Assembly (NCBI GenBank): GCA_963729895.1
Contig: CAVSQB010000030.1
Span: 21,071 to 85,070 of the forward strand
Source of the DNA: an uncultured Fibrobacterota bacterium
Lineage (GTDB): Bacteria; Fibrobacterota; Chitinivibrionia; Chitinivibrionales; FEN-1185
Direction of reading: 5' to 3'
DNA: 64,000 bases
The notes beneath the pieces are model-generated. The model saw nothing but the letters and a program-made list of their open reading frames with translations. It was not told the DNA's origin and ran no database searches. The stretch's first letter is position 1, and each line of letters begins with the position of its first letter. Shown here piece after piece: positions 31,646-41,665 of the stretch. The translations under genes and the position numbers were made by a program.

Positions 31646-33151
31646 CTACATCCGCTGTTTCTTGAATTCATCGACGGCCGCAACGAGCGATTTCTTCGTT
31701 TCTTCCGTTATTTCTTTTTTGTCGCGGATGCTCGCGAGAATGTCGGCGTGGACCCGTTCCACGAATTCTGTCAGTTCTTTCTCGAACGTGCGCAATTGCG
31801 GGACCGGCACGTCGTCGAGCAGACCGTACGAACCTGAAGCGATGATGAGGATTTGCCTCTCAAACGGCATGGGCTGGTGCTCATCCTGCTTCAGGATCTC
31901 CACCATGCGCTCGCCGCGCGTGATCTGCGCCTTGGCCGATTTGTCGAGGTCGGATCCGAATTGCGCGAACGCGGCAAGCTCGCGGTACTGTGCGAGATCC
32001 ATGCGGAGTTTCCCGGCAACCTGCCTCATTGCCTTGAACTGGGCCTTGCCCCCTACACGCGACACCGAAATTCCCACGTCAATGGCGGGCCGGACGCCGG
32101 AATAGAAGAGATTTCCCACAAGGTAAATTTGGCCGTCGGTGATGGATATCACGTTGGTCGGGATATATGCCGATACGTCGCCCGCCTGCGTCTCAATGAT
32201 GGGCAGCGACGTGAGCGATCCCCCGCCGAGCTTGTCGGACAGCTTTGCCGAACGTTCGAGAAGCCGGGAGTGCAGGTTGAAAATGTCACCCGGGTACGCC
32301 TCGCGACCCGGCGGCCTGCGGAGCAGCAGCGACAGCTGGCGATACGCGAAGGCGTGTTTGGAAAGATCGTCGTAAATGACAAGCGCATGGCCGCCGGCGT
32401 CGCGGATTTCCTCGCCGATCGATGTCCCGGCATAGGGTGCAATGTACTGCAGGGGAGCGGGGTCGGCGGCTGAGGCTGAAACCACTATGGTATACGTCAT
32501 GGCGCCCGCGTCTTCCAGAACCTTGTGCACGCGCGCGATGGACGACTGCTTCTGGCCAATGCCAACATAGATGCAGACGACCCCGGTTCCCTTCTGGTTG
32601 AGGATCGTGTCGATGGCGATGGCGGTCTTGCCCGTTCCCCGGTCGCCGATGATGAGTTCGCGCTGACCGCGCCCTATGGGGATCATTGCATCGATGGCTT
32701 TCCATCCTGTCAAGAGGGGTTCCTTCACCGGCTGGCGGTCGACCACGCCCATGGCCCGGTCTTCGAGCAGGCGGTGTCTGGACGCCTTGACGGGTCCTTT
32801 GCCGTCGAGAGGCTGGCCGAGGGGGTTGATGATCCGGCCGATCATTTCCTTGCCTACCGGCACTTCCATGATCCTGCCCGTACAGCGGACCGTTTCGCCT
32901 TCCTTGATGGCGGTGTCCTCACCGAATATCACCACGCCCACGTTGTCGGGTTCCAGATTGAGCGCCATGCCGAATACGCCGCTTTCGAATTCCACAAGCT
33001 CCGCATACATGCATTTGTCCAGTCCGTACACCCGTGCGATGCCGTCGCCCACCTGGATCACCGTCCCGGTGGAGACCATCTCAAGCCTCGTTTGGTACGA
33101 TTCGATCTGCTGTTGGATGATCCTGGTGATTTCTTCCGGTTTGATGTTCAT
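31646..33151 (-). CDS. atpA: ATP synthase F1 alpha subunit
   Basis: [38 protein letters not shown]. Confidence 0.98.
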   Translation of the reverse strand: MNIKPEEITRIIQQQIESYQTRLEMVSTGTVIQVGDGIARVYGLDKCMYAELVEFESGVFGMALNLEPDNVGVVIFGEDTAIKEGETVRCTGRIMEVPVGKEMIGRIINPLGQPLDGKGPVKASRHRLLEDRAMGVVDRQPVKEPLLTGWKAIDAMIPIGRGQRELIIGDRGTGKTAIAIDTILNQKGTGVVCIYVGIGQKQSSIARVHKVLEDAGAMTYTIVVSASAADPAPLQYIAPYAGTSIGEEIRDAGGHALVIYDDLSKHAFAYRQLSLLLRRPPGREAYPGDIFNLHSRLLERSAKLSDKLGGGSLTSLPIIETQAGDVSAYIPTNVISITDGQIYLVGNLFYSGVRPAIDVGISVSRVGGKAQFKAMRQVAGKLRMDLAQYRELAAFAQFGSDLDKSAKAQITRGERMVEILKQDEHQPMPFERQILIIASGSYGLLDDVPVPQLRTFEKELTEFVERVHADILASIRDKKEITEETKKSLVAAVDEFKKQRM

Positions 33152-33180
33152 GGTTCTGCTCGCTTCTTGTTTATAGTCGA

Positions 33181-33720
33181 CTAAAATGCAGTTACCGTTT
33201 CGGATAATCTCCGCACCTGGTGCGCGATGCTTCCATCAATGACTTTGTCGCCAAGAATAATCCGCATTCCCCCCATAAGAGAGGGAATGACTTCGGTGGC
33301 GATTGCGATTTCTTTTCCGAGGTTTTTCGTGAGGCGCTCCTTGATCTTCTTGAGCGTTTCGCCGTTTAAGGGTGAGAAGCTTTCCACTCGCACGTTCACC
33401 CTGTTTTGGTCTTCGTCAAGCATTTCGGAAAAACACTGTGAAATCGCGCCGCATTGGAAAATACGCTTCTTATCAATAAGATACCCGAGGAACTTGAGCG
33501 AGACGCTTTCACAGTCGCCCGAGAACACCTCGTTGAGCACGCGCTTTTTCTCGTCTGGAGTAATGCCCGGATGATACAGCACGCGCTTGAGATCGCTGCT
33601 CGCACCGATTGTACGGGAGATGTCCCCGAGATTTTCCTCAACCTTCTCCGCTTTTCCGACGGACGCGGCAATTTTGTAAAAAGCGCGCGCATACCTCAGT
33701 GCAAGTGATGTATTGAACAT
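33181..33720 (-). CDS. atpH: ATP synthase F1 delta subunit
   Basis: ALRYARA, SLMGG...GDKVIDGS; operon position. Confidence 0.93.
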   Translation of the reverse strand: MFNTSLALRYARAFYKIAASVGKAEKVEENLGDISRTIGASSDLKRVLYHPGITPDEKKRVLNEVFSGDCESVSLKFLGYLIDKKRIFQCGAISQCFSEMLDEDQNRVNVRVESFSPLNGETLKKIKERLTKNLGKEIAIATEVIPSLMGGMRIILGDKVIDGSIAHQVRRLSETVTAF

Positions 33721-33727
33721 AGGTGGC

Positions 33728-34225
33728 TTAGTTCTTTTTGATGTCCGTTTTCCCGAGATCGTCGACAAACGATTCGACAAGTTTTCTGTCCGTCGTCTCG
33801 TCGATTTCCTTTTTTAGCAGGTGCTTGGTGGCCAGCATGGACAGGGTGGCCACCTCCCGCCGGACCTCGGAAAGCGCTTTTTGTTTTTCCTGGTCAATTT
33901 CGCGCCTGGCTTTATCCATAAGCTGATCGGATTCCTTGAGGGCCTCGACCTTGATCGCTTCCTTGATATTGTTACCTTCTGCAACGGCCTTGTCGATCTC
34001 GGCCTTGTAGGTCTTCTTGATGGCGTCGAGCTCGTCGTGACAGGCTTTCTTGAGGTTGTCAACGTCAAGTTTCTGCTTTTCGATGTTCGCAAAAGCATTT
34101 TTGATGTCGTCGGAGCGTTTCTTCATGAAGGGCCGGAGAAATTTGTTGAACAAATAGCCCAAGACGCCGATCAGAATGATGAAATTGACGATTTGGTACA
34201 CAAGGAGTTTAAGGCTGAAATCCAT
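33728..34225 (-). CDS. atpF: ATP synthase Fo b subunit
   Basis: QIVNFIIL transmembrane helix followed by a charged coiled coil; operon position. Confidence 0.92.
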   Translation of the reverse strand: MDFSLKLLVYQIVNFIILIGVLGYLFNKFLRPFMKKRSDDIKNAFANIEKQKLDVDNLKKACHDELDAIKKTYKAEIDKAVAEGNNIKEAIKVEALKESDQLMDKARREIDQEKQKALSEVRREVATLSMLATKHLLKKEIDETTDRKLVESFVDDLGKTDIKKN

Positions 34226-34306
34226 ACGGTCCTTTCCTTTCACGCTCTGCCGCGGCTGCCGGCCTTAGAAAGCGTGCACATGCAATTGCATCCGACGAGG
34301 ATGAAA

Positions 34307-34576
<270 letters not shown>

Positions 34577-34634
34577 TTAAAGATAAGCTGAATTCCATGG
34601 TGCTCAATAAGACGAAAAGTCCTGACAGTACTTG

Positions 34635-35333
34635 TCAGTGGCCCTCATCGGAAGCAACCGCCCCGGACAGGTACACCATGGTAAGCAATGAAAAAACGAA
34701 ACCTTGTATCGGTATCGTGACAACACTATCCACAAGCATCCAGATGGTGGGGGCCGCAATGGCGCATGCCGCAAAAAGCATTTTGATGATTGTCTCCCCG
34801 GCAAAGATATTCGAAAACAAACGGAGCGTCAGGGAAAGGGGCCTTGCAAATTCCGAAATGATCTCAATCGGAATCATGATGGGCGCCAAGATGGGAACCG
34901 GCCCCAAGAAATGTTTGAAGTACTTTAGACCTTTCTTCGAAACGCCCACATAATTATAGAAAATAAAGACGGTTATCGCCACCGCGGCCGGCGTACTGAT
35001 GTACCCGGTTGGAGACAGCATTCCCGGGATAAGTCCCAGGTAACTGGCGACAAGCACAAACAGCATGATGCTCATGACAAGCGGGAAATATACCAGCCCT
35101 TGGGGACCGACGATTTCGGCAAGATATCCCTCGATGAATACCGTGAGCGATTCAAAAACGTTCTGCATGCCGCCGGGCATCGTCTTCAACCGGGCAACCA
35201 CAAGGATGACTGCGGCGATGATGACAGCCATCGCAATCCACGTGTACTCCACTACGAGGGACTCGTGAGGTGAGAGAAAGGGCAGGCGCGGTGCGCGAAG
35301 CCACTCAAGCAGCAAAAATTCGTGCTGTTCCAT
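34635..35333 (-). CDS. atpB: ATP synthase Fo a subunit
   Basis: ARPLSLTLRLFSNIFAGE, IQGFVFSLL. Confidence 0.96.
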   Translation of the reverse strand: MEQHEFLLLEWLRAPRLPFLSPHESLVVEYTWIAMAVIIAAVILVVARLKTMPGGMQNVFESLTVFIEGYLAEIVGPQGLVYFPLVMSIMLFVLVASYLGLIPGMLSPTGYISTPAAVAITVFIFYNYVGVSKKGLKYFKHFLGPVPILAPIMIPIEIISEFARPLSLTLRLFSNIFAGETIIKMLFAACAIAAPTIWMLVDSVVTIPIQGFVFSLLTMVYLSGAVASDEGH

Positions 35334-35603
35334 CTACGCGTGTAACCCCTTGACGATAAAGAGAAGTTTTCCGGCCAGCGACACCATGAGTGCAGCGCAT
35401 AAGAGCCACACTATGGGAACAATTCTCATGTGCCACAAGAGCAGCACCAGTGCGACGAAAAGAACCAGCCTTGCGCCTTCGGTAATTCCGGCGATGAGCC
35501 TCTTGGCTGGCGTCGCATTGACGACGAAGAGTCTCGCGGTGAAGAAGAAGCCCGCTGCGTCAGCCAATCCGATAACCACGCCCAGTCCAAGGCTAAGTAC
35601 CAT
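35334..35603 (-). CDS. ATP synthase accessory subunit I-like membrane protein
   Basis: Small hydrophobic ORF abutting atpB. Confidence 0.65.
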   Translation of the reverse strand: MVLSLGLGVVIGLADAAGFFFTARLFVVNATPAKRLIAGITEGARLVLFVALVLLLWHMRIVPIVWLLCAALMVSLAGKLLFIVKGLHA

Positions 35604-35814
35604 ATTTCCGAAGTGTTCTGAAAACATTCAGAAATCCTGCCCCTATTCCAAGCAAGATAAAGACCATGGTGAATACCGGCGCCGTGTGAAAATGCCGGTC
35701 GATGGCCGCGCCTGCAAAGTATCCAATCGCCACCGACACAACCAAACCGATCCCCACACTTGTGAGTCTGGCGATGTCTGTAAACTCGCGTTTTCTGCTA
35801 TTTTTCTCTTCCAT
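35593..35814 (-). CDS. AtpZ/AtpI-family small membrane protein
   Basis: G..L..S..IGYF.G..IDR.F.T.P.F...F.LLG..AGF pattern; first gene of the atp operon. Confidence 0.8.
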   Translation of the reverse strand: MEEKNSRKREFTDIARLTSVGIGLVVSVAIGYFAGAAIDRHFHTAPVFTMVFILLGIGAGFLNVFRTLRKYGT

Positions 35815-36245
35815 GAACGTTTTCCCAAGAATGTTCTCCGACGGGAGCGGAATAATATAATAGAAGCCACGCGGTAAGAAAAACAGAACTGTTATTGATA
35901 TTTGAGAGACAAATGGGGCATGATTACGTGATGCAAAACCGCGGGCAACGGGAAACCTTTTGGGACAGCTACCTTGGTCTCGCGTTACAGTCCTGATCGG
36001 CGGTGAAGGCAAGGAGCTTGCCGTGAAAACTGGAAGAAGGAACGAAATTGTTCTTCCCTCAAGAAAACGGTTGCACCGTTTCAGTGGGGGTGGCGCCGGT
36101 ACGGTGCGGACGAGTTGCGTTTCGCACGTAAAGTCTTTTTTAGTTAACAAACTCTCGACACGCAAGATACAAAATAGTATGATTGAACTATATCCACTAC
36201 GTATTTTTCTGTGCAATGCACTACGGATCTTAAGCAAGGAAACAA

Positions 36246-37499
36246 ATGACGATTATGGCACATTGTGGACTTCGCGTTCTGGCGGCAGGCGTTTTGTTTC
36301 TTCTGTTCACGGTAGTTGGCCGGCCGGTCGGTGCATCGGAATTTCCTTCACCCACCCCGGTCATTGCCGATAGCGGACAGGAGCAGCTTACTTCTTCAGA
36401 CCGGAGCGCGGTTTCTCCCGCCAAAGAAGAAGACAAACTAAGCTGGTCGAAAAATGCGGTGCAGATAGGCCTGATCTTCGGTTCGGGCATGCTTGCCGCA
36501 GGCCTCATTCTTGTTGCCGTGTACGGAGTGCGGTCGTACAGAAGTAGGGCGAAAGAGGGAATCCGATCACAGAATATCTTTCTGGAAACTGCAGCGCGTC
36601 TGGGGTTGACCATTGAAGAACGCGAAGAACTTACCGAGTTGCTGTTGCATCAAAATGTAATGGCGCCGCACACCATTTTCCAATCGTTGCCTTTGTTCGA
36701 ACAATGCGTTGATGCGGTGGCAACTCGCGTGCTGGGCGGCGGTCGTCAGATGAACGCCGATAGTCCGGAGGAAAAACTCATCTCCGACCTGAGAAGGAAA
36801 CTCGGTTTCACGCATCTTCCCCTCGAACATCCGCTTGTGTCAACGCGCAACATTCCGGTTGGGCAGGCGGGGACTGTGTTCGGGAGGGAAGGAAACAAAC
36901 CGCTATTCAATAAGGTTTCCGTTGTGGAAAACAACAGTTTCTTTTTCACCGTTGAATTCGACGTGGAAAAAGAAGAGCCGTACCGGATCGAAGCAGGGGC
37001 GCTGGTGCGTTTCGTTTTCGCGCGGCAGAACGACGGGCTGTACGGCGCTCAGGTGATAGTTGCAAATGCACATGAGGCCGGCTCCATCGACCTGCTGCAC
37101 ACGCTGCAATTAAGGCGCAATCAACTGCGGCAATATGTGCGGGTGGAGACGAACCTGCCGCTGCGCTTCCGGCTCCTTTCCACCAAGGACCCGGACAAGA
37201 GCGAGATTCAGCGAGGTCATCTCATTGCCACCAAAATGTCAGACATCAGCGCAGGCGGGCTCAGCTTTCTGTACGAACAGACGCTTCGGCTTGGCGATCT
37301 CCTTTCCATTTCGTTCGAACTGCCGGGGCAGTCGTTTGCCGGGGTCACGGGAAAGATCGTGCATCTCACACTCCGGGAAGGAAAGTCCGCACAGCTATAC
37401 AAACACCATGTCCAGTTTGTGAACATTGAACAAGGCAAACGGGAAGAGATCGTCAAGTACGTGTTCGAAAGGGAACGCGAGGTGCGGCAGTTGCGGTAG
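36246..37499 (+). CDS. membrane-anchored PilZ-domain protein (YcgR-like C-terminal half)
   Basis: Signal/TM segments, then QLRQYVR (RxxxR) and DISAGG, ending in HVQF. Confidence 0.8.
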   Translation: MTIMAHCGLRVLAAGVLFLLFTVVGRPVGASEFPSPTPVIADSGQEQLTSSDRSAVSPAKEEDKLSWSKNAVQIGLIFGSGMLAAGLILVAVYGVRSYRSRAKEGIRSQNIFLETAARLGLTIEEREELTELLLHQNVMAPHTIFQSLPLFEQCVDAVATRVLGGGRQMNADSPEEKLISDLRRKLGFTHLPLEHPLVSTRNIPVGQAGTVFGREGNKPLFNKVSVVENNSFFFTVEFDVEKEEPYRIEAGALVRFVFARQNDGLYGAQVIVANAHEAGSIDLLHTLQLRRNQLRQYVRVETNLPLRFRLLSTKDPDKSEIQRGHLIATKMSDISAGGLSFLYEQTLRLGDLLSISFELPGQSFAGVTGKIVHLTLREGKSAQLYKHHVQFVNIEQGKREEIVKYVFEREREVRQLR

Positions 37500-37514
37500 C
37501 CGTGGCAATACGCG

Positions 37515-38744
37515 CTATCTTCTTCCAATGGCGACACTTATCCTGTCCAGCGCCCTTTGAACATTTTCCCGGCTGTTGAATGCGCTGAGCCGCACGAACC
37601 CCTCTCCGCATCGTCCAAAGCCGGCGCCCGGTGTGCAGACTACTCCTGCTTTATCAAGCAGCATGTCGAAAAATTGCCAGGAATCCATTCCTGCGTCCAC
37701 CCAGATGTAGGGCGCGTTTTTCCCGCCAAAGGTTTCGTATCCCAGGCTCGACAGGGCATTCACAATAAGCGAGGCATTGCCCAGATAATAATCGTTGATC
37801 TGCCGGACCTGATTTTGGCCTTCCTCGGAGTAAATGGCTTCCGCCGCGCGCTGCACCATATAACATACGCCGTTGAACTTGGTGGTGTGGCGCCTGTTCC
37901 ATAGTGCATGCAGCGACTGCGGCCTGCCCGCAGTGTCAAAGGCGACGCACGATTTCGGGACGACGGTGTAGGCGCAGCGCGTCCCGGTGAACCCGGCCGT
38001 CTTGGAATAGCTGCGAAACTCCACAGCCACATCCCGCGCGCCCGGTATTTCGAAGATGCTTTGCGGAAGCGAACTGTCCCGGATGAAGGCCACATAGGCG
38101 GCATCGTAGAGTATGAGCGCCTTGTTCGCTCGAGCCCACTCAACCCATTGGACAAGCTGCTGCCTTGTAATGGCGGCGCCGGTCGGATTGTTCGGAAAGC
38201 ATAAATAGACAAGATCGATGTGCTCGGACGGCAAATCCGGAACAAAGGAATTCCGGGGCGTCGACTCCAGATAGTACATTCCGGCATACCGTCCGTTTTC
38301 GAATGCACCCGTCCTGCCGGCCATGACATTGCTGTCCACGTAGACGGGGTACACGGGGTCGGGAATGGCTATCCTGATGCCGGTTGAAAAAAGTTCCTGA
38401 AAGTTGCCGGTGTCGCATTTGGCGCCGTCGGAAATGAACACTTCGTCGGGCGAAATGTCCGCTCCGCGAGCCCGGTAGTCGAATTCGGCCACCTTCTCCT
38501 TTAGAAAACCGTACCCCTGTTCGTCGCCGTATCCGTGAAATGTTGCGTCGTTCGCCATTTCGTTGGTCGCTTTGTGAAATGCGTCGATGCACACGCGGGG
38601 AAGTGCGCGCGTCGCATCGCCGATCCCGAGCCGGATAACCTCGCGATCAGGGTGGGACTTCCCATAGGCATCGACACGCCTCGCCACGTCCGAGAACAAA
38701 TAGGATGATTTGAGCTTGAGGTAGTTTTCATTGACGGTGATCAT
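37515..38744 (-). CDS. dapL: LL-diaminopimelate aminotransferase
   Basis: YLF, LGIGD, GYGDEQGY, SDGAKCD, PNNPTG, SYSKTAGFTGTRC, PGAGFG..GEG..RLSAF. Confidence 0.95.
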   Translation of the reverse strand: MITVNENYLKLKSSYLFSDVARRVDAYGKSHPDREVIRLGIGDATRALPRVCIDAFHKATNEMANDATFHGYGDEQGYGFLKEKVAEFDYRARGADISPDEVFISDGAKCDTGNFQELFSTGIRIAIPDPVYPVYVDSNVMAGRTGAFENGRYAGMYYLESTPRNSFVPDLPSEHIDLVYLCFPNNPTGAAITRQQLVQWVEWARANKALILYDAAYVAFIRDSSLPQSIFEIPGARDVAVEFRSYSKTAGFTGTRCAYTVVPKSCVAFDTAGRPQSLHALWNRRHTTKFNGVCYMVQRAAEAIYSEEGQNQVRQINDYYLGNASLIVNALSSLGYETFGGKNAPYIWVDAGMDSWQFFDMLLDKAGVVCTPGAGFGRCGEGFVRLSAFNSRENVQRALDRISVAIGRR

Positions 38745-38948
38745 GACGGTCCTTTGCCTGAAGGATTGGGAAAATGCGAAACGTCATATGATACTTCATG
38801 TAGCGGGAAATGTCAATTTTTCACAAAGGCCTGTTCCGTTTCGAGGAAGCATGTTCTATTTTGTTTGATCGACACGGAAACGCCGCGAATGGCATCGAAC
38901 GATGCATTCCGGCCGGCAGCATCACCCTACGTCACCGAAAGCGGCACC

Positions 38949-41162
38949 ATGGGAATTCTTACCGAAAGGGAAATTGACGATATTGTCCGAAGCGATTTGC
39001 GCGATCCGTTCAAAACGCTCGGCATGCACTGGGAAAAGACGGGGATAAGTGTCCGGGCGTTCCTTCCGGAAGCATCTTCCGTCAAGGTGAGCGGGCTGGG
39101 AAAATCGAAAACGTATTACGACATGAAAAGGGTACATGACGCAGGCGTCTTCGAAGTGGCCATTCCTTCCCGGAAAAAGTTTTTCAACTATGAATTCGTG
39201 TGCGCGTTGTCCGACGGCTCCAAGACGCGCCTGAGAGATCCCTACAGCTTTCTTCCGGTGATGACCGAGGAGTCGCGATACCTTTTCAACGAAGGTACGC
39301 ATCAGCGCGTGTACGACGACCTCGGATCTCACGAGAAAACAGTTGACGGCGCCGCCGGGTGCGTGTTCGCGGTGTGGGCGCCCAACGCGAAGCGGGTTTC
39401 CCTGGTTGGTAATTTCAATGGCTGGGACGGCAGGCGGCACCCGATGCGGCTTTTGGGAGCCTCCGGCGTGTGGGAGCTTTTTGTGCCGGGCCTGGGGGCC
39501 GGCACAATTTACAAATACGAAATAAAGAAGTGGGACCGTGACCACCTTGCGCTCAAGACGGACCCCTGCGGTTACTACCAGGAGCCGCCGCCCCATCACG
39601 CGTCAATCGTGTTCAACATTGACGCGTTTGAGTGGGAAGACCGCGAATGGATCGAGAGCCGCCAAAAGGGAAACCTTCTCAAACAGCCGATGTCGATTTA
39701 CGAAGTGCATCTCGGTTCCTGGAGGAAAAGCGGGCCGAGGCGCGACGGCGACTGGCTGACCTACCGTGAGCTTGCGGTGCAGCTTGCGCAGTATGTAAAG
39801 GAAATGGGGTATACCCACGTTGAACTGCTGCCTGTTCAAGACCATCCGTACGTGCCGTCGTGGGGATATCAGGTGTGCGGTTTTTATGCGCCTAACCACC
39901 GGTTCGGCACGCCCATGGACTTCCAGTTCTTCGTCAACCATTTGCACAAGAACGGCATCGGCGTCATCATCGACTGGGTCCCCGGCCACTTTCCGAAAGA
40001 CGCCTACGGTCTGGCCCATTTCGACGGTTCGCACCTGTACGAATATGCCGATCCGAGAGAGGGCGAACATAAAGACTGGGGTACCCTCATTTTCAACTGG
40101 GGCAGGCACGAGGTGAGGAACTTCCTGTTTGCAAATGCCCTGTACTGGATCGAAAAATACCATATAGACGGTCTGCGCGTAGACGCGGTTGCGTCCATGC
40201 TGTACCGCAACTACAGCCGGAAAAACGGCGAGTGGATCCCCAACAGGCATGGCGGCGTGGAGAACGAAGAGGCCATCAATTTTCTCCAGACCATGAATCG
40301 GCTCGTGCACGAAAAGTTTCCCGGCGCCGTCACTATCGCGGAGGAGAGCACGGCATGGCCCATGGTGTCGAGGCCCACCTATCTCGGAGGCTTGGGTTTC
40401 ACCTTCAAATGGAACATGGGTTGGATGCACGACATGCTCAGCTATTTTTCAAAGGACCCCATCTACCGCAAATACCATCAGAACCAGATTACCTTTACGC
40501 TCTGGTATGCTTTTACGGAGAATTTCGTTCTTGTCGTATCTCACGATGAAGTCGTGCATGGCAAGTGCAGTCTTCTTGAGAAAATGCCCGGAGACGTCTG
40601 GAGGAAATTCGCCAATGCACGCGCGTTTTTCGGTTTTCTATACGGCCACCCCGGGAAGAAGCTCATGTTCCAGGGATGCGAGTTCGGCATGCACTGGGAA
40701 TGGGATGCGGAACAGTCGATCAACTGGCATATTCTGTCCGAAGAGGACGATTGCTACCATCATAACAGCCTCATGAAATTCGTGGCCGACATGAACAAGC
40801 TTTATAAAAGGGAGTCTGCGTTGTGGGAGTTGGACTACGAGAATGCGGGGTTCCAGTGGATCGATTTTAACGATGCGGACAGTTCGACAATTTCGTTCAT
40901 CAGGCGCGGCAATGAGTGGCACAACATTCTGGTATTTGTGTGCAATTTTGCGCCGGTGGTAAGGCGTCACTACCGGGTTGGGGTTCCCTTTGGCGGGAAA
41001 TACGAGGAGGTCGTCAATTCGGATGCGACGGTCTATGGCGGCGCCGGCTACGGCAATGGCGGCGTGGTGAACGCGGACAATTTTCCCCTGCACAACCAGC
41101 CGATGTCGCTCGACTTGACGCTGCCTCCACTCGCAGTGCTGATTTTCAAGTGGAAGAGATGA
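38949..41162 (+). CDS. glgB: 1,4-alpha-glucan branching enzyme
   Basis: VWAPNA, IYEVHLGSW, SWGYQ, DWVPGHFP, GLRVDAVASM, AEEST, SHDEVVHGK; start uncertain (38889 possible). Confidence 0.96.
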   Translation: MGILTEREIDDIVRSDLRDPFKTLGMHWEKTGISVRAFLPEASSVKVSGLGKSKTYYDMKRVHDAGVFEVAIPSRKKFFNYEFVCALSDGSKTRLRDPYSFLPVMTEESRYLFNEGTHQRVYDDLGSHEKTVDGAAGCVFAVWAPNAKRVSLVGNFNGWDGRRHPMRLLGASGVWELFVPGLGAGTIYKYEIKKWDRDHLALKTDPCGYYQEPPPHHASIVFNIDAFEWEDREWIESRQKGNLLKQPMSIYEVHLGSWRKSGPRRDGDWLTYRELAVQLAQYVKEMGYTHVELLPVQDHPYVPSWGYQVCGFYAPNHRFGTPMDFQFFVNHLHKNGIGVIIDWVPGHFPKDAYGLAHFDGSHLYEYADPREGEHKDWGTLIFNWGRHEVRNFLFANALYWIEKYHIDGLRVDAVASMLYRNYSRKNGEWIPNRHGGVENEEAINFLQTMNRLVHEKFPGAVTIAEESTAWPMVSRPTYLGGLGFTFKWNMGWMHDMLSYFSKDPIYRKYHQNQITFTLWYAFTENFVLVVSHDEVVHGKCSLLEKMPGDVWRKFANARAFFGFLYGHPGKKLMFQGCEFGMHWEWDAEQSINWHILSEEDDCYHHNSLMKFVADMNKLYKRESALWELDYENAGFQWIDFNDADSSTISFIRRGNEWHNILVFVCNFAPVVRRHYRVGVPFGGKYEEVVNSDATVYGGAGYGNGGVVNADNFPLHNQPMSLDLTLPPLAVLIFKWKR

Positions 41163-41370
41163 AGAAGGTAGATTTAAAAACGAATATCAAGATAATATTA
41201 TGGTTTGCTGAGCGTGTGCAGCGTGGATGTACCAGTGGCAAGGCTGAAGCTTCTGCTGCGCGCACACTAAAAACGCCCGTCGAGTAAATTGTCAACAGTA
41301 AACAAGCAGGGATGGTTCTTTAACTCTTCAACAATTCAAATTTTTAGTGCTATTGAGGAGGGAAAAATAC

Positions 41371-41589
41371 ATGAAAAGAATCTATCGCGACATCGATCAC
41401 AAAATGCTTGCAGGCATCTGCGCCGGTGTGGGGGAAATGCTGGATATCGATCCTACGCTTGTCCGGCTGGCCATGGTGTTTGCCACTATTGTGACCGGCT
41501 TTGTGCCGGGTACCGTCGTGTATTTGGTAGGATGGTTCATTATTCCGGAAAAGGCCGATGTGGAGCAGGCTTTTTCGAAAAAGAAATAG
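41371..41589 (+). CDS. PspC-domain protein
   Basis: KRIYR...KMLAGICAG.GE..DIDPTLVRL...Y..GWFIIPE; GAGGAG RBS. Confidence 0.88.
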   Translation: MKRIYRDIDHKMLAGICAGVGEMLDIDPTLVRLAMVFATIVTGFVPGTVVYLVGWFIIPEKADVEQAFSKKK

Positions 41590-41665
41590 CTGGAACGCCG
41601 GGAAAAGTTCCTTTCGAACCGCGCTGAGAGCCCGCCGAGAGGTGCGCGGATAATAAGAGTTGCCG

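Noticed and set aside
35815..36237. N-terminal extension of track ORF 35593..36237
   Set aside because: Not protein-like; the AtpZ/AtpI pattern begins at ATG 35814.
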